Source: Mariniphaga sp. (lineage in GTDB: Bacteria > Bacteroidota > Bacteroidia > Bacteroidales > Prolixibacteraceae). From it: a DNA stretch of 64,000 nucleotides. A program made the translations under genes and the position numbers. How positions within the stretch are numbered: position 1 is the stretch's first letter; each line of letters starts with the position of its first letter. The stretch lies in assembly GCF_041687215.1 (NCBI RefSeq), contig NZ_JAWLCI010000018.1, positions 3,572 to 67,571 of the forward strand, given 5' to 3'. This document shows positions 50,780 to 63,462 of this stretch, in pieces. The notes under the pieces were generated by a model. That model made no database searches, was not told where the DNA came from, and saw only the letters and a program-made list of their open reading frames with translations.

Positions 50780-51340
50780 TTATCTTTCCGCCTTTTCAGA
50801 AGGAATCGTATTGAAATAATCCCAGAAAACCGCGACCTGGACAATTTTCCACTCTCCATTCACTTTTTCCAGCGTGCGGACTTCATTGCTTAAGTTGAAT
50901 GCACTTAAATCGAGGGTGCTGTTGTACTGCTCCCAAACCACATGGACGGCATCGGGCCCTAAAAAATGATAGCGGATGTTTTTCCGGTTTACCTCCGGGT
51001 GACTGCTGCCACCGCCTTCCACAGGATGCGTTTTTATGTAATTTCCGATTTTTTCATCCACCGCCTGCCAGCCGATACTGGCGCCGCATGACCCGTCAGA
51101 AAAATTCCAGGAATGAAAAGTATAATCAGCCTGAACCCATTGGTTTTTCCAACTGTCATAATCTCTAAAGAAAAATGCATTGGTTTCGGCTTCAATCACT
51201 TTCAAAACGGCATCAAACTCTTTTGCTTCATCAAAAGCAGGATTTATTTCTGATTGTGGCAAATCATTAGGACTTGAAAGCCCTGTGGTGAACAAAACTG
51301 CTCCGGCAAGCAGAACCATTGGTAATGTCATTTTTTTCAT
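50780..51340 (-). CDS. Secreted NTF2/SnoaL-like protein
   Basis: Signal peptide; ETNAFFFRDY..W; RTLEKVNGEWKIV; start reset to MKKMTL. Confidence 0.6.
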   Translation of the reverse strand: MKKMTLPMVLLAGAVLFTTGLSSPNDLPQSEINPAFDEAKEFDAVLKVIEAETNAFFFRDYDSWKNQWVQADYTFHSWNFSDGSCGASIGWQAVDEKIGNYIKTHPVEGGGSSHPEVNRKNIRYHFLGPDAVHVVWEQYNSTLDLSAFNLSNEVRTLEKVNGEWKIVQVAVFWDYFNTIPSEKAER

Positions 51341-51434
51341 ATTAAAAAATAAAATAATTGAACTTTTTTCATTTAAATAGACATTCATCTGAGTGTCTCT
51401 TCAAAATTAAGCCGGAAAGCAAAAACCAGTTTTG

Positions 51435-51469
51435 CTTAAAAGTTCAATTATTTTTCTTTGCAGCTCATT
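51435..51469 (-). promoter_or_regulatory. Candidate AraC-type operator (copy 2)
   Basis: cttaaaagttcaa plus gctcat 21 bp later; -7 element TAATTTTG at 51402-51409. Confidence 0.5.
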
Positions 51470-51484
51470 ATTGAGCCAGGTGAT

Positions 51485-52363
51485 TCAGGCCAATGCCATT
51501 TGTTGTTTCTTACGGAACTGCAAAGGTGTTTCGCCATAGTTTTCCTTAAAAATGCGGCTGAAATGGGATACGTTTTCAAAACCGCTGTCGTAAACAATTT
51601 CACCAATGCTTTTTTGACTTGCTGATATCAGCATTTTTGCATGTTCGAGCCGTTTGGCGGTAAGCCATTTTCCCGGTGAAGTTTTATAATATTTCTGAAA
51701 TTCTCTTTTAAAGGATGCAACGCTGCGTCCGGCAAGGCGCGCATATTCGGCAATGGTAAGATTAAACATATAATTGGCTTCCATCACTTCCCAAATTGGT
51801 GTGCTTTGCTGATCCACAATACGTAAAACATAAGCCAGCAAACCGGAATTGGAGGGCTCCAAAAAAACATTAAAGAGCAACTCGTTAAACTTCAGTTCAA
51901 GCAGGTTCTCCGACGGTGGTTTTTTTTGCTGAAAATAGGGGACAATGCTGTAACAAAATCCGCGGATGATTTCGGTCATGTTTATTTCCACAAACATATC
52001 GGTAGGCGGGGAAGGCAGATTTTTAACCGGCAGTTGTTCCCGGTATTCGCTGAAGAACCGTCGCAGCATTTCATCCTGAAAAAAGAAAGCCAGTACCTCC
52101 CACCCCACCATTTCGTGCTTTTCGGTGGTGTAGGCTGTTTTGCGTATAAACAGCGATTTATCCTGAGTCAGTGGCCACGATTTTCCGTTGTGATGAAACG
52201 TTTTTTTACCTTTCAGGGTAAATACAAATTCATTGTAATGGTTGAAAAGTTGCAGGTGCTTGTCCACCTGTGGACAAATCCAGTACAAAAAGAGCATATC
52301 TTTTACCGAAAAAACTTTAAACGTGTCAGGATCGGAGAGCGTAAAATCGTATTTATTAATCAT
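51485..52363 (-). CDS. AraC family transcriptional regulator
   Basis: GRSVASFKREF..SPGKWL..GFENVSHFSRIFK. Confidence 0.92.
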   Translation of the reverse strand: MINKYDFTLSDPDTFKVFSVKDMLFLYWICPQVDKHLQLFNHYNEFVFTLKGKKTFHHNGKSWPLTQDKSLFIRKTAYTTEKHEMVGWEVLAFFFQDEMLRRFFSEYREQLPVKNLPSPPTDMFVEINMTEIIRGFCYSIVPYFQQKKPPSENLLELKFNELLFNVFLEPSNSGLLAYVLRIVDQQSTPIWEVMEANYMFNLTIAEYARLAGRSVASFKREFQKYYKTSPGKWLTAKRLEHAKMLISASQKSIGEIVYDSGFENVSHFSRIFKENYGETPLQFRKKQQMALA

Positions 52364-52507
52364 AACTACAAGCTTTAGCGTTGATCATGTGTAAGTTACG
52401 ACTTTTTATTTAAAGACAAAAGAGTGAAATATATTTTTATAATTCTTTTCAGGTTTCGATAGGAAAATGAATCTTCTCTTTTCTTTGAATAAGTAGTCCT
52501 TCTGATT

Positions 52508-54580
52508 TTACTTCTCAAACTTCACCCAGTCAATTCCCGCCATGTTGCCGGGTTTGGCATTTGCATCAGTTCCCAAAATTTTTACGGACAAAATATGTTC
52601 TCCTTTATTTACTATCCGGTTGCCCAGGTTTACATTTTGTGTAATTACTTCGCCGGACTGAAAACCGTTAAAAGGCTCCCCCATGGGCTGACCATCCAAA
52701 TAAAGTTGAATAATGCCATAATCGGGCGCTTTGGTGAGTTGTGCCGAAATGTTGTACCTGCCGTCTTCTTCCAGAATAAACCGGGTAAGCAATTCTCTAC
52801 CTGTTTCACCAAAACGCCACCACAACTGGCTGTTGCCGCCCCAGCCGAAATTACCCGACTGCGGCCCTGCCGTCCCTGAAGGCACTTGCATAACATCCAG
52901 GTTTTCACCTTCTATTATTCCATTTTCATCCACAACCGGCGGATAAATTTCCGAGCGCTTCAAAATAACCGGATTTTGAACCGCATCCACATCGGGCTTC
53001 ACGTTTGTTTCCACTCCGGGCAGCGCATACCAGAACGACGACATGGCAAAGTTTACAGTGGTTTTTACCCAGTGCCACATTTCAATATTGGAACTTATTT
53101 CCTGCTGAAAAGGAATGGCATCCAATGTGCGATAGCGCATATTTACCGTCATTCCCGGGTGAAAATTGCCTGCACCGGTGGGTTGTGCAATAAACGGATG
53201 GGTAAACTTCTCGGGCCGGCACCAGGCATAACCATAATAATCTTCGGTTCCGGTTCCGATAAACGATGGAAATTTCTCGCCATCCACAAATATTTTCTCG
53301 TCGCCTTCGCCCCACCAGGCATCGGCGGTGTTGAAAATGGTGAGCGCATCGCCCACATAAACACCCTTCCCTTTCAAGTCCACATAATTTACATCGAAAT
53401 GCCACTCATGGTTTTCCAGTTTTGGGTCGGAGGCCGAGTGAATACGATAATGTTCGTGCCAGGCAGCGCCAAAGTACATGCTCGTATTGGTCCATTTGTA
53501 GTTGTCCAAACCGGCAGCAGCGTCAACGGTCACTGTTTCTTCACCGTAATTCGTAAATTTGATTTCCACATTTTTTTTGAACGGCATCAGCCAGAACGAT
53601 TCCATTTTTCCATCATCAGAAACTTTGGTGTACCAGGTTTTCGAGGGGAAAATCTGGTAACCTGTTCCAAAAAATTCACCTGCCGGAATCCAGACGGTTT
53701 CTTCGCCATCGAACGAAATGGAAAGCACGGTGGAACGAAGCGCCTGAGGAAGGTTTTCACTTTCAAGCTTAGCTGTCAAATAAGAAACGGCCATTCCTGA
53801 ACCTTCGAAACTAAGCGTTAACGATTCACCTGGAGCAAGGGTTTGCTTCCCTTTCATTTCGCTTTCTTTTAGTTCTGAAGAATCGGCCAGCAAAAGTTTC
53901 CCGGTAGCCGAAATCAACTCGTGGTTCCGGTCAATCACATCCATGCTAAAACTTTCTACCCGGACATCTTCTGAATAAGTTCGGTAACATATATTGTAAT
54001 AAATACTGGGGCGCCAACGGTTGTTTTCAAAACGCACCGCATCGCATTCATACGTGATTTTGCAATTTTTTGCATAAGGAATCGGAAGGTACAAATTGTG
54101 TCCGCGCCTTTCGTATTCGGTTTCGGGCGAAACGGAGGCAGCCAGCGGTTCCGCAGCCAACATTTCACCGCTCAGCAATTCCAGAATTTCACCCTCAATT
54201 AAAGGTTCCGGTTGGTTATCAATATAAATTCTTACTGTTCCGTTGGCAGCACCTTCTCCGGCAAAAGTCATCCACCAGCGCACCACAGCGCCCGGACCTT
54301 CGGCATCGAAAAGGACAAATTCGCGTCTGCCGTTATTTTCTTCTTCGCGGATAAACTGCGTGTAATCGTCGTTGGCAAACCAGCCCGGTTCATCAGGCGC
54401 CGTGCTTTTGCGGTCGTAACTGCTGAATTGTTTTAATGTGTAAGAATGTTCCGGAACCCGGGTTAATATTTCCCGATTCGTCATTTCATTCAGCAACGAT
54501 TCCATGGTCACTTTTTTGCTTCCGCATGATGAGATAACGATGGAAGCTAAAATTCCGGTAATAATTATAAGGTAGCGCAT
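52508..54580 (-). CDS. DUF2961 (GH172-like) glycoside hydrolase lipoprotein
   Basis: Lipobox ISSC; FSSYDR, GPGAVVRWW, WWGEGDEK, GTGTEDYYG; extra C-terminal beta domain. Confidence 0.85.
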   Translation of the reverse strand: MRYLIIITGILASIVISSCGSKKVTMESLLNEMTNREILTRVPEHSYTLKQFSSYDRKSTAPDEPGWFANDDYTQFIREEENNGRREFVLFDAEGPGAVVRWWMTFAGEGAANGTVRIYIDNQPEPLIEGEILELLSGEMLAAEPLAASVSPETEYERRGHNLYLPIPYAKNCKITYECDAVRFENNRWRPSIYYNICYRTYSEDVRVESFSMDVIDRNHELISATGKLLLADSSELKESEMKGKQTLAPGESLTLSFEGSGMAVSYLTAKLESENLPQALRSTVLSISFDGEETVWIPAGEFFGTGYQIFPSKTWYTKVSDDGKMESFWLMPFKKNVEIKFTNYGEETVTVDAAAGLDNYKWTNTSMYFGAAWHEHYRIHSASDPKLENHEWHFDVNYVDLKGKGVYVGDALTIFNTADAWWGEGDEKIFVDGEKFPSFIGTGTEDYYGYAWCRPEKFTHPFIAQPTGAGNFHPGMTVNMRYRTLDAIPFQQEISSNIEMWHWVKTTVNFAMSSFWYALPGVETNVKPDVDAVQNPVILKRSEIYPPVVDENGIIEGENLDVMQVPSGTAGPQSGNFGWGGNSQLWWRFGETGRELLTRFILEEDGRYNISAQLTKAPDYGIIQLYLDGQPMGEPFNGFQSGEVITQNVNLGNRIVNKGEHILSVKILGTDANAKPGNMAGIDWVKFEK

Positions 54581-54701
54581 AGGATTAATATTAAAATTAG
54601 CAGGCTGCAAGTTACAAAGTACCATTCAGAATAATAAAAAAATTCTCCATTTTTTATGTACTTTGCGGCGTTTACAAAACTTACTCTAAATTGACTAAAA
54701 T

Positions 54702-57700
54702 ATGGGTCGTTTTAAAATGCGTTTTTCCGATTTTAATGTTAAATCCAAGCTGGCAGTTCTGATTTATATGTTTATAGCCAGCATAATAATTATGGGCATG
54801 GTCGCCAATTTTTTATTCAAAACAAGCCAAACATTAATTATTTTGGTTAGTGAACAACGGGTTTTTGTAGAAAATTTTAATTACGGTATCGAGCATTTTT
54901 ATCAGCACGAATTGTCAGAAGACGAAAACCATTTTAACGCATCAGTCGGTCATTTTAAGAAGGCTAATAGTATAGCTTCTACCTTTTCAAAAATAGACAG
55001 TTTCTTGCAGGTGATGCCCAAAGAAGAATGGGTTCCGTTATTTTTTGAAATTTATAAAGAGGGCGCCGATAACGATATAAAAAAGGTGGAACAACTTGGA
55101 ATTCAGGTTTTCCGATTATACAAAATCAATCCATCCAGGGTTAAGGCAGTTCAAAAAACAGCATCCGATGCTTCCGCTCTTACAGAAAAAGTAATTCTTA
55201 AAATAGAAAACTACAAAAACGATAAAACCAACGATACCTGGAAAGAACTCCAGGTTGATTTCGAAAATATACGTGAAATTTCGCAGGAATTTTCTTCTGA
55301 AATTTACACATTGAACGGCTATATAAACCGTTTACTGGCCATTGCAATAATTATAATTGTATTGTTTTTAATTTCTGCCGGTACATTTATTGCCATTTTA
55401 ATTTCCCGTTCCATTTCCAATCCCATTAACCGTTTGGCTGATAATTTCAAAAAAATTGCAAAGGGCGATCTAAACTCCTCGGTAAATATTGATACGAACA
55501 ATGAGATTGGCGAACTTTCGAAGGCATTTTCAGAAATTCAGGTGGGACTTCAACAAATAATTGCTTATTCAAGAAAAGTTGCGAAAGGAGATTACAGTTC
55601 GAAACTGCTACCCAAATCGGAAGAAGATGAACTGACCATTTCACTCAACAAAATGGCTGCCCGGCTTGAAGAGATTAAAGTAAAAAACGACAAGGAAATC
55701 TGGCTTCAAAATGGAATAAACGATTTGGACGACCAAATGCGCGGAAATTATCCGGTCAGGGAATTATCGAATAAAATTATTGTATGGCTCAGCCGGTTCC
55801 TTGGAGCTGAAATGGCTGCAGTTTATGTATTTGATGAAATTCTCGGACACTTTGAACTAACTGCTTCTGTTGGATTAAATACCTCTGAAATTAAAGAATT
55901 TATTCAGCCGGGAGAAAGTCTGATTGGACAGGTAGCATTACAAAAAGAGCTTCAGGTTTTAAATACAAAAGATAAATTTCTTAAAGTGTACAGTGCCACA
56001 GGTGAAATTTCACCCGAAAAAATTTATCTTCTCCCAATGCAATACGAAGACCGGATGCAGGCTGTAATTGAATTGGCGCCGGTTAATGAATTCTCGGAAC
56101 TTAAAACTGAATTTCTAAAACTGGTAGCCGAAAAAATTTCAGTTAATCTTGGCGCTGCAGTGGCCCGGTTCAGAAACAAAGAGCTTCTGGATAAAACTCT
56201 GGAACAGGCGGAAGAATTAAAAGCCCGCGACGAAGAACTCCAAAAGGAATTGAATGAAAACATACTGATAAAAGAAAATTTAATCAGGGAAAAAGCTCTG
56301 CTCGATTCGATGTTGAAAACAATACCTGACTACGTTTATTTTAAAGATACAGAAAGCAGGTTCTTGCAGGTTAGCGAGTCAATGGCTCCTCTTTTTGGAG
56401 CAAAATCTTCTGCCCATATTTTAGGCAAATCCGATTTCGATTTCCATCCGCCAAAAGAAGCTAAAAGGTATTTCGATGAAGAACAGGAAATTATAAAAAA
56501 AGGCGAAGGATTTATTGACGAAATAAGGCAGGGAACTGACGAAGATGGCGAAGAACTCTGGACGTCGGTAACCAAACTTCCAATGTACGATGAAACCGGA
56601 AAATGTATTGGAACATTTGGTATTTCAAAAGACATTACCGAAATAAAAAAGCTGGAAATAGAGGTTCGTTTGAGAAATGAAAAATTAAAATCACAACAGG
56701 AAGAATTGCAGGTTGTAAACGACCAGTTGAAACAACAACAGGAGGAATTAAGGTCGAGGCACGAAGAGCTGAAAGCGCAGGAGGAAGAATTACGGGTGGC
56801 AAATGAAGAGATGAAATCGCAGGAAGAGGAGTTGAGGGTAGCCAATGAAGAGTTGGCCGAGCAAACCAAAATTCTGTCTGAAAGCGAAAAAAACCTGAAT
56901 ACCCAGCAGGAAAAATTGCGGGAAATGAACCGGGAATTGAAAATGGCCAGCCAGTACAAATCGGAATTTCTGGCCAACATGTCGCACGAACTGCGCACCC
57001 CGCTCAACAGTTTGCTCATACTTTCAAAATTGTTGAGTGAAAACAAAAAAGGAAATTTGAGCGAGGAACAACTGAAATCAGTCAGAATCATTCACAAAAG
57101 CGGCAAAGACCTGCTTGAACTGATAAACGAAATACTTGATTTATCGAAAATTGAAGCTGGGAAAATGACTTACAATTTCGATGAAGTGAGCACCGAAGAA
57201 ATAAAATTGGAAATAGTGCACAACTTTAAACCAGTAGCCGAAAACAAAAGATTAACTTTTGAATTGAACCAGTCTGAGGGGTTTCCGGCAGTTGTTTTTT
57301 CCGACAAACAGCGACTGATGCAGATTATAAAAAACCTGCTGTCCAATGCATTTAAATTTACAACCACCGGCAGTGTGAAAGTAAACATGGGATTGACACC
57401 GGCAAATGTGGAGTTGGTTAATCCCGATTTAAAGCCTGAAAATACATTCTTTATAGCTGTTGAAGACTCAGGCGTAGGCATCCCACAATCAAAAGTTGAT
57501 GATATTTTTGAAGCCTTCCAGCAAGCCGATGGAAGCATTTCGCGCAAGTATGGCGGAACCGGGCTCGGCCTTTCCATAAGCAAACAATTAACCCGTGTTT
57601 TAGGTGGTGAAATTCATGTGGAAAGTACCGAGGGAAAAGGTTCGGTTTTTACCGTTTACCTGCCCCTCGACAGCAATCTGGTTGGAATTGGCTACAAAAA

Positions 57701-58976
57701 CCTGGCTGACGAAAAAGCAGCTTCGGAACACACCAGAAAATATAAAATGCAAAATGAACCTGTAATAGCTGAACAGGAACCTAAAAGTGAAAATCTGCCT
57801 GTTTTTATCGAAGACGATAGAAATTCTGTAATTCAGCGGTTGAGGGTTTTAATTATTCACAATGAAAAAGAAAAAGCACAAAAACTTCTCGACCTGTGCC
57901 ATAACAGAAATTTTAACGTACTGGTGGCTTCGGGAATAAACGACGGGATTAAACTGGCAGAAAAATTTTCTTCAGAGGCCATAATCGTCTCAGACAGCCT
58001 CAGCGATTCTGTGGATTTGAAAAAGCTTGGCGAAAACAAATTCACTAGCCGGTTACCCCTTCACCTTGTTTCCCGGATTGAAGACTCCATACTTGACGAA
58101 ATTGAAGAACTCACCACGCCGGAATCAGAAAAATTCAGGAATATTTCGAAAAACATTGAAAACAATGTATTTACAGATTATAAGCAAATTCTGGTGGTAG
58201 AAGACGATCCAATAACGCGTGAAGCCATTCATTTGCTGTTCAAAAACAAGGACCTTGTTTTACACGAAGCCAAAACAGGGCAGCAAGCCTACGAAATGAT
58301 TACTGCCAGGCCATTCGATTGTATTATTCTGGATTTGGGACTTCCCGATTTCTCTGGTAACGAACTCCTCCGCAAACTTAAAGCGGATAATGTGCCCATA
58401 CCCAATGTAATCATTCATACTGCAAGGGAACTTTCGGGTGAAGAGTTGCGTGAACTGCAAAAATTTTCCGATTCCATTGTGATAAAAGGATTAAAATCTG
58501 ATGAACGACTGATGGATGAAGTGACACTTTTCCTGCATCAGGTGGCCAACAAGGCGCCAAAACTGCAACAGGTTGCACAGGAAATAAATGAGGGCGATAC
58601 TTTTAAGAACAAAAAAGTTTTGGTGGTTGACGATGACATCCGGAATGTGTTTGCCATAGCACAAATTCTGGAAGAACGGGAAGTTGAAGTACTGGAAGCT
58701 GAAAACGGAGCTGTGGCCATTGATATGCTAAAAAACAATTCAGATATCGATCTCGTTTTAATGGACATTATGATGCCGGTGATGGACGGATACGAGGCAA
58801 TGAAAATAATTAGAAATACGCCTGAAACAAAAAATATCTCAATCATTACCCTGTCGGCAAAGGCAATGAAAGAAGATTACCAGAAAGCCATCGATTCCGG
58901 GGCCAACGATTACATATCGAAACCGGTTGATGTGCAAAAATTATTATCATTATTAAAAATATGGCTCTATAAATAA
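54702..58976 (+). CDS. Hybrid sensor kinase (2TM-HAMP-GAF-PAS-HisKA-HATPase-3xREC)
   Basis: [29 protein letters not shown]; two intact receivers and one degenerate one. Confidence 0.92.
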   Translation: MGRFKMRFSDFNVKSKLAVLIYMFIASIIIMGMVANFLFKTSQTLIILVSEQRVFVENFNYGIEHFYQHELSEDENHFNASVGHFKKANSIASTFSKIDSFLQVMPKEEWVPLFFEIYKEGADNDIKKVEQLGIQVFRLYKINPSRVKAVQKTASDASALTEKVILKIENYKNDKTNDTWKELQVDFENIREISQEFSSEIYTLNGYINRLLAIAIIIIVLFLISAGTFIAILISRSISNPINRLADNFKKIAKGDLNSSVNIDTNNEIGELSKAFSEIQVGLQQIIAYSRKVAKGDYSSKLLPKSEEDELTISLNKMAARLEEIKVKNDKEIWLQNGINDLDDQMRGNYPVRELSNKIIVWLSRFLGAEMAAVYVFDEILGHFELTASVGLNTSEIKEFIQPGESLIGQVALQKELQVLNTKDKFLKVYSATGEISPEKIYLLPMQYEDRMQAVIELAPVNEFSELKTEFLKLVAEKISVNLGAAVARFRNKELLDKTLEQAEELKARDEELQKELNENILIKENLIREKALLDSMLKTIPDYVYFKDTESRFLQVSESMAPLFGAKSSAHILGKSDFDFHPPKEAKRYFDEEQEIIKKGEGFIDEIRQGTDEDGEELWTSVTKLPMYDETGKCIGTFGISKDITEIKKLEIEVRLRNEKLKSQQEELQVVNDQLKQQQEELRSRHEELKAQEEELRVANEEMKSQEEELRVANEELAEQTKILSESEKNLNTQQEKLREMNRELKMASQYKSEFLANMSHELRTPLNSLLILSKLLSENKKGNLSEEQLKSVRIIHKSGKDLLELINEILDLSKIEAGKMTYNFDEVSTEEIKLEIVHNFKPVAENKRLTFELNQSEGFPAVVFSDKQRLMQIIKNLLSNAFKFTTTGSVKVNMGLTPANVELVNPDLKPENTFFIAVEDSGVGIPQSKVDDIFEAFQQADGSISRKYGGTGLGLSISKQLTRVLGGEIHVESTEGKGSVFTVYLPLDSNLVGIGYKNLADEKAASEHTRKYKMQNEPVIAEQEPKSENLPVFIEDDRNSVIQRLRVLIIHNEKEKAQKLLDLCHNRNFNVLVASGINDGIKLAEKFSSEAIIVSDSLSDSVDLKKLGENKFTSRLPLHLVSRIEDSILDEIEELTTPESEKFRNISKNIENNVFTDYKQILVVEDDPITREAIHLLFKNKDLVLHEAKTGQQAYEMITARPFDCIILDLGLPDFSGNELLRKLKADNVPIPNVIIHTARELSGEELRELQKFSDSIVIKGLKSDERLMDEVTLFLHQVANKAPKLQQVAQEINEGDTFKNKKVLVVDDDIRNVFAIAQILEEREVEVLEAENGAVAIDMLKNNSDIDLVLMDIMMPVMDGYEAMKIIRNTPETKNISIITLSAKAMKEDYQKAIDSGANDYISKPVDVQKLLSLLKIWLYK

Positions 58977-58980
58977 TTGT

Positions 58981-60564
58981 ATGGGGAAACCAAAAATACT
59001 CATTGTAGATGACCGGGTTGAGAACCTGGTAAGCCTTGAAATGCTGCTCGGCGATTTTGATGTTACTTTTGTGCGGGCAACCTCTGGTATGGAGGCGCTT
59101 AGGGAAACGCAAAAAGAAGATTTTGCCATGGCCATCCTCGATGTGCAGATGCCCGGCATGGATGGTTACGAAACCTTGACGCTTATGCGCAAAAGAAAAA
59201 AATCAATGTTTCTCCCTGTCATTTTTGTTTCAGCCATTCATCAGAGCGAACTGCATATTATTAAAGGAATTGAAACCGGTGCGGTTGACTTTATTCCCAA
59301 ACCAATTATTCCTGAAATTCTCATTGGAAAAGTGAGAATTTTCCTCGAATTGTATTCCCGCCAGGAAGAACTGAAAGATTTGCTCCAAAAACTGGAAGAA
59401 AACAACCGGGAACTCGAAATTCAAAAAACAAAAGCCGAAAAAGCCACACAGGCCAAATCCATTTTTCTGGCCAATATGTCGCACGAAATACGGACACCAC
59501 TTAATGGCGTTATCGGAATTTCAAAAATACTGGAAGAAACAGAACTGAAACCCGAACAGAAAAATCTTGTTGAAATTATTTCCTCATCGGGCGAAAACCT
59601 ATTGAATATTATTAATGACATTCTTGATTTTTCAAAAATTGAAGCTGGCCAGATTCAAATTGAAAACATCGAATTCAGGCTTTCCAAAGTAATAAACACC
59701 ATTGTAAAGTTATTACAATTCAGGGCGCAAACAAAAGGAATTAACCTTTCTGCCAAAATTGACAAAAATATTCCCGACATGTTGTTTGGCGACCCGCACA
59801 GGTTAAATCAAATTTTGATAAACCTGGTAAACAACGCCATCAAATTTACCAAAGAGGGAAGTGTAAAAATTGAAATCGCACCTCTAAATAAAAACATCAA
59901 CAAAACCGAACTTTTGTTTAAAGTTATTGACACTGGCATTGGCATTTCTGAAGAAAACAAGAAAAAACTGTTTAAAGTGTTTTCGCAAACCGATGAATCA
60001 ACAGAACGAAAATACGGAGGAACCGGCCTTGGTCTTGCCATCTGCAAAAACCTTGTTCATCTGATGGGAGGTGAAATTGGTATTGAAAGTGAGCCCGGCA
60101 AAGGTTCGGAATTTTGGTTCAAACTTAATTTCGGATACAACCCCGAAAGTCAGGATGGTGAGGAAGAACCCGAAATAATAATTCCTGAAAACACCAAAAT
60201 TTTATATGCTGAAGATAACCCGGTCAATCAGCGCATTACCCAGGCTATTTTGCAAAAAATGGGAATTTCGTGCGATGTTGCCGCCGACGGAAAGAAAGCA
60301 TTCGAAATGTTTAAAACGAATCGCTACGACCTGATTCTGATGGATATGCAAATGCCGGAATGGGACGGAATAAGTTCCACAATAAAAATAAGAGAATACG
60401 AAGCAAACCATGCCGTTGAAAAGCCCGTATTTATTGTTGCAGTTACAGCGAATACCTATTCTGATGACAAACAAAAATGTTTCGATGCCGGCATGAATGA
60501 TTTTATTAGCAAGCCGTTTAAAATGGCTCAAATCAGGAAAATAATCCAAAATGCTTTCAGATAA
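58981..60564 (+). CDS. REC-HisKA-HATPase-REC hybrid kinase
   Basis: IVDD..LDVQMP; MSHEIRTP; AED..LMDMQMP. Confidence 0.92.
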   Translation: MGKPKILIVDDRVENLVSLEMLLGDFDVTFVRATSGMEALRETQKEDFAMAILDVQMPGMDGYETLTLMRKRKKSMFLPVIFVSAIHQSELHIIKGIETGAVDFIPKPIIPEILIGKVRIFLELYSRQEELKDLLQKLEENNRELEIQKTKAEKATQAKSIFLANMSHEIRTPLNGVIGISKILEETELKPEQKNLVEIISSSGENLLNIINDILDFSKIEAGQIQIENIEFRLSKVINTIVKLLQFRAQTKGINLSAKIDKNIPDMLFGDPHRLNQILINLVNNAIKFTKEGSVKIEIAPLNKNINKTELLFKVIDTGIGISEENKKKLFKVFSQTDESTERKYGGTGLGLAICKNLVHLMGGEIGIESEPGKGSEFWFKLNFGYNPESQDGEEEPEIIIPENTKILYAEDNPVNQRITQAILQKMGISCDVAADGKKAFEMFKTNRYDLILMDMQMPEWDGISSTIKIREYEANHAVEKPVFIVAVTANTYSDDKQKCFDAGMNDFISKPFKMAQIRKIIQNAFR

Positions 60565-61423
60565 AACAAACAACACTAAAGAAAATCAGGAGGCAATTGA
60601 CACCTCCGACATTGAGCTGAACCTGCTCCTTCAGGCCATTTTTATGAAATATGGATATGATTTCAGGAATTACAGTAAGGCTCACCTGAAACGAAGAATT
60701 AATCAGCGTTTGCAATTAAACGATTACAATACCATTTCTGAATTGCAAAACAAGGTGCTTTGGGATAAAACTTTTTTCCGCACCATTTTGCAAGACCTTT
60801 CCATTAATGTTACTGAAATGTTTCGCGATCCGGATTTTTACCTGGCGTTTCGAAAAAAAGTGGTTTCCGATTTAAAAACCTATGCCCGCTTAAAAGTTTG
60901 GCACGCAGGATGTTCCACTGGCGAAGAAGTTTATTCACTGGCTATTTTGCTGCAGGAAGAGGGTTTGCTTCAGCGAACACAAATTTATGCTACTGACTTT
61001 AACAAAAACGTGCTCGAAACAGCCAAACAGGGAATTTATCCTAAAAAAGAAATAGAACTATACGCAAAAAATTATCTTGAAGCCGGAGGAAAAACCAAAC
61101 TTTCAGATTACTACACGTCTAAATATGGTTCTGTGCTGTTCGATAAATCGCTTTCGAAAAACATTGTTTTTGCCGACCACAACCTGGTAACCGACGGTGT
61201 TTTTGCAGAGGTAAACCTCATTTTCTGCCGCAATGTGCTTATTTATTTCGACAAATTTCTGCAAAATAAAGTACTCAAACTTTTTAACGAAAGTCTTACC
61301 AAGCGGGGAATTCTTTGTCTGGGAACCAAGGAAAGTCTCCGGTTTACCGATTTTGAGAACAACTACTCGATGCTTGATAAAAAAATGAGAATTTATAAAA
61401 AACTTCAAATTACTGAAAAATGA
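60551..61423 (+). CDS. cheR: Protein-glutamate O-methyltransferase CheR
   Basis: [26 protein letters not shown]. Confidence 0.92.
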   Translation: MLSDKTNNTKENQEAIDTSDIELNLLLQAIFMKYGYDFRNYSKAHLKRRINQRLQLNDYNTISELQNKVLWDKTFFRTILQDLSINVTEMFRDPDFYLAFRKKVVSDLKTYARLKVWHAGCSTGEEVYSLAILLQEEGLLQRTQIYATDFNKNVLETAKQGIYPKKEIELYAKNYLEAGGKTKLSDYYTSKYGSVLFDKSLSKNIVFADHNLVTDGVFAEVNLIFCRNVLIYFDKFLQNKVLKLFNESLTKRGILCLGTKESLRFTDFENNYSMLDKKMRIYKKLQITEK

Positions 61424-61971
61424 AAGCAGTTGTTGTTGGTGCATCATACGGAGGAATGGAAGCCATCAGGAAATTACTGATGAATTTACCGGAAAGTTTT
61501 GAAGCGCCGGTAATTATCGTTCTTCATATTGGAGCCAACACAATCAACACTTACCTTTCGCAATTGAACCAAAAGACAAACAGAAAGGTAAAAGAAGCAG
61601 GAGAAAAAGAAGCCATACGCAGGAAAACCGTCTATTTTGCGCCGCCAAATTATCATCTGCAAATCGAATCCGATTTCACATTCAGCCTTTCAACCGACCC
61701 AAAAATAAATTTCTCGAGGCCTTCAATTGATGTGCTTTTTGAAACTGCCGCCTGGACATTCAAAGACAAACTCACAGGCATTTTGCTCACCGGCTCGAAC
61801 AACGACGGCGCCACCGGGCTGCAAACCATTAAAAAATATGGAGGAACTACTGTTGTAGAAAATCCTGAAACCGCTTTTGCCAAAGCCATGCCTTTATCGG
61901 CCATTGAACTTTTTGAGCCTGATTTTGTGCTGGATTTAGAAGAAATGGCTAAAAAGTTGACAGAACTTTGA
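61420..61971 (+). CDS. cheB: CheB methylesterase (catalytic domain only)
   Basis: GASYGG, VLH, APPNYHL, RPSIDVLF, LTGSNNDG; no receiver domain. Confidence 0.9.
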   Translation: MKAVVVGASYGGMEAIRKLLMNLPESFEAPVIIVLHIGANTINTYLSQLNQKTNRKVKEAGEKEAIRRKTVYFAPPNYHLQIESDFTFSLSTDPKINFSRPSIDVLFETAAWTFKDKLTGILLTGSNNDGATGLQTIKKYGGTTVVENPETAFAKAMPLSAIELFEPDFVLDLEEMAKKLTEL

Positions 61972-62003
61972 AAAAATGAATTCCTGATAAAAAGCTTTTG
62001 CCC

Positions 62004-63437
62004 TCAATTTCTTTTTATAACCGCCACCCATTCCAGTTCGCCAGGCGTTTCCAGAGTTACTATTTTTCCGCCTTCAACATTTTCTTCTGAAAACCACTCC
62101 CCTTTTCTCACATTCATCCATTTCAGGGTAAAATTTGAACTGAATTCCGATAAATCGAGGCCAACATCTCCTTTATCAGGAAAGAACACCACAAACACTT
62201 CGCCTGGTTTCAATGCAAGGTAAGCTTCGTTTTCTTCACCATCGGAAAGCAATTCATTATTGGGAGATAGTTCCCAAAATGGGCATATTTTTTCAACTTC
62301 ACGCGCAGCTTTCACCGAGTTCATGGACAATTCGGACAAACCTAAACCCGAAGTCGGGCGATGAAACCGCGCCGATGCTGTTCCACCAATGACATGCCGC
62401 CACCAGCCGTCGATGCCGTTATTGGTATTGCCGTGGGTGCCGCCGTCGGCCCCGTAAGTTTTTACAGTGTTTATGGGTCGCGGCTGGCCGGAAATGTAAT
62501 TTTTTACCCACTGGAAATTGTCCCAGTGCGCCTGATCGCGCTGGTGGTTATTTTGTGAAATATCGCAGAAATCATAAAGTTCAGGATGGTCGAACGTACG
62601 TTTGTGCTGTTCCGATTTCAAGTCCCAGGCATCCCACATTTCTGTGAGAAAAACTTTTTTGCCTGCCTCTTCAGATTTGGTACGGATATAACGGGCCCAG
62701 TAAGCGCCCCACTCTTCTTCGCCCGATGTTTCATTGTCCATGCAATAAAGAATGTGATTGTGCTTCAGTGAGTATGATAACATTTTGTCCACAAATTGCT
62801 GCTGGAATTTCAGCAAAATTTCGTTATTCCGTTGATTGGGCGTAGTAAAGAAAAAAGGCTGTTTATTCTGGCCGGGATGGTCGGGATATTCCAAATCCAG
62901 GCCCGATTCTTCTTCGGAATAATTGATGTTGTTCTTCGGATTGTAAGGATGCGGCGGCCAGTTGTTCTGGGTGTAATCGAACCGGTCCCACACCTCAATT
63001 TGCACAATGATGTCGCGTTTTGCCGTTTCGTTCAGAAAAAATTCAAACCGCTGCCAATAATCATCGTTCCACTGATTCAAATCGTATTTTCCGTTTTCAA
63101 GTTTTTTAAACGGATACAGCTCAAAATCACGATCATTTCGATCGCTCATGGTATTGCGTACGTAATTGGCTCCCACCGATTTCATGGAATCGAGATGCGG
63201 CACCAGCATTTCCGCCGGCCACTGAAACAGGTTATCGTCGCTGCTTGCGCCCAACAGCATCACCGGCCCGCCTTTGTATTGCCAGTAACATGGATTTTCG
63301 CTCCAGGGTTGAATAGCATTGTTCGGTTCAGGTCTGTTATTGCATCCGCAAAAAAGAAATAATCCCAGCAAAATCAGGATGAACGGGCACCCCATTTTAC
63401 CGTATTTGACACTTGACGAAACTTTTATTCTTTCCAT
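62004..63437 (-). CDS. TIM-barrel glycoside-hydrolase-like lipoprotein with C-terminal collagen-binding-like domain (DUF4038/DUF6298-like)
   Basis: Lipobox FCGC; [14 protein letters not shown]-terminal LKWMN..G.W. Confidence 0.6.
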   Translation of the reverse strand: MERIKVSSSVKYGKMGCPFILILLGLFLFCGCNNRPEPNNAIQPWSENPCYWQYKGGPVMLLGASSDDNLFQWPAEMLVPHLDSMKSVGANYVRNTMSDRNDRDFELYPFKKLENGKYDLNQWNDDYWQRFEFFLNETAKRDIIVQIEVWDRFDYTQNNWPPHPYNPKNNINYSEEESGLDLEYPDHPGQNKQPFFFTTPNQRNNEILLKFQQQFVDKMLSYSLKHNHILYCMDNETSGEEEWGAYWARYIRTKSEEAGKKVFLTEMWDAWDLKSEQHKRTFDHPELYDFCDISQNNHQRDQAHWDNFQWVKNYISGQPRPINTVKTYGADGGTHGNTNNGIDGWWRHVIGGTASARFHRPTSGLGLSELSMNSVKAAREVEKICPFWELSPNNELLSDGEENEAYLALKPGEVFVVFFPDKGDVGLDLSEFSSNFTLKWMNVRKGEWFSEENVEGGKIVTLETPGELEWVAVIKRN

Positions 63438-63462
63438 AATTGTTCTGATTTTTTATTCTCCA

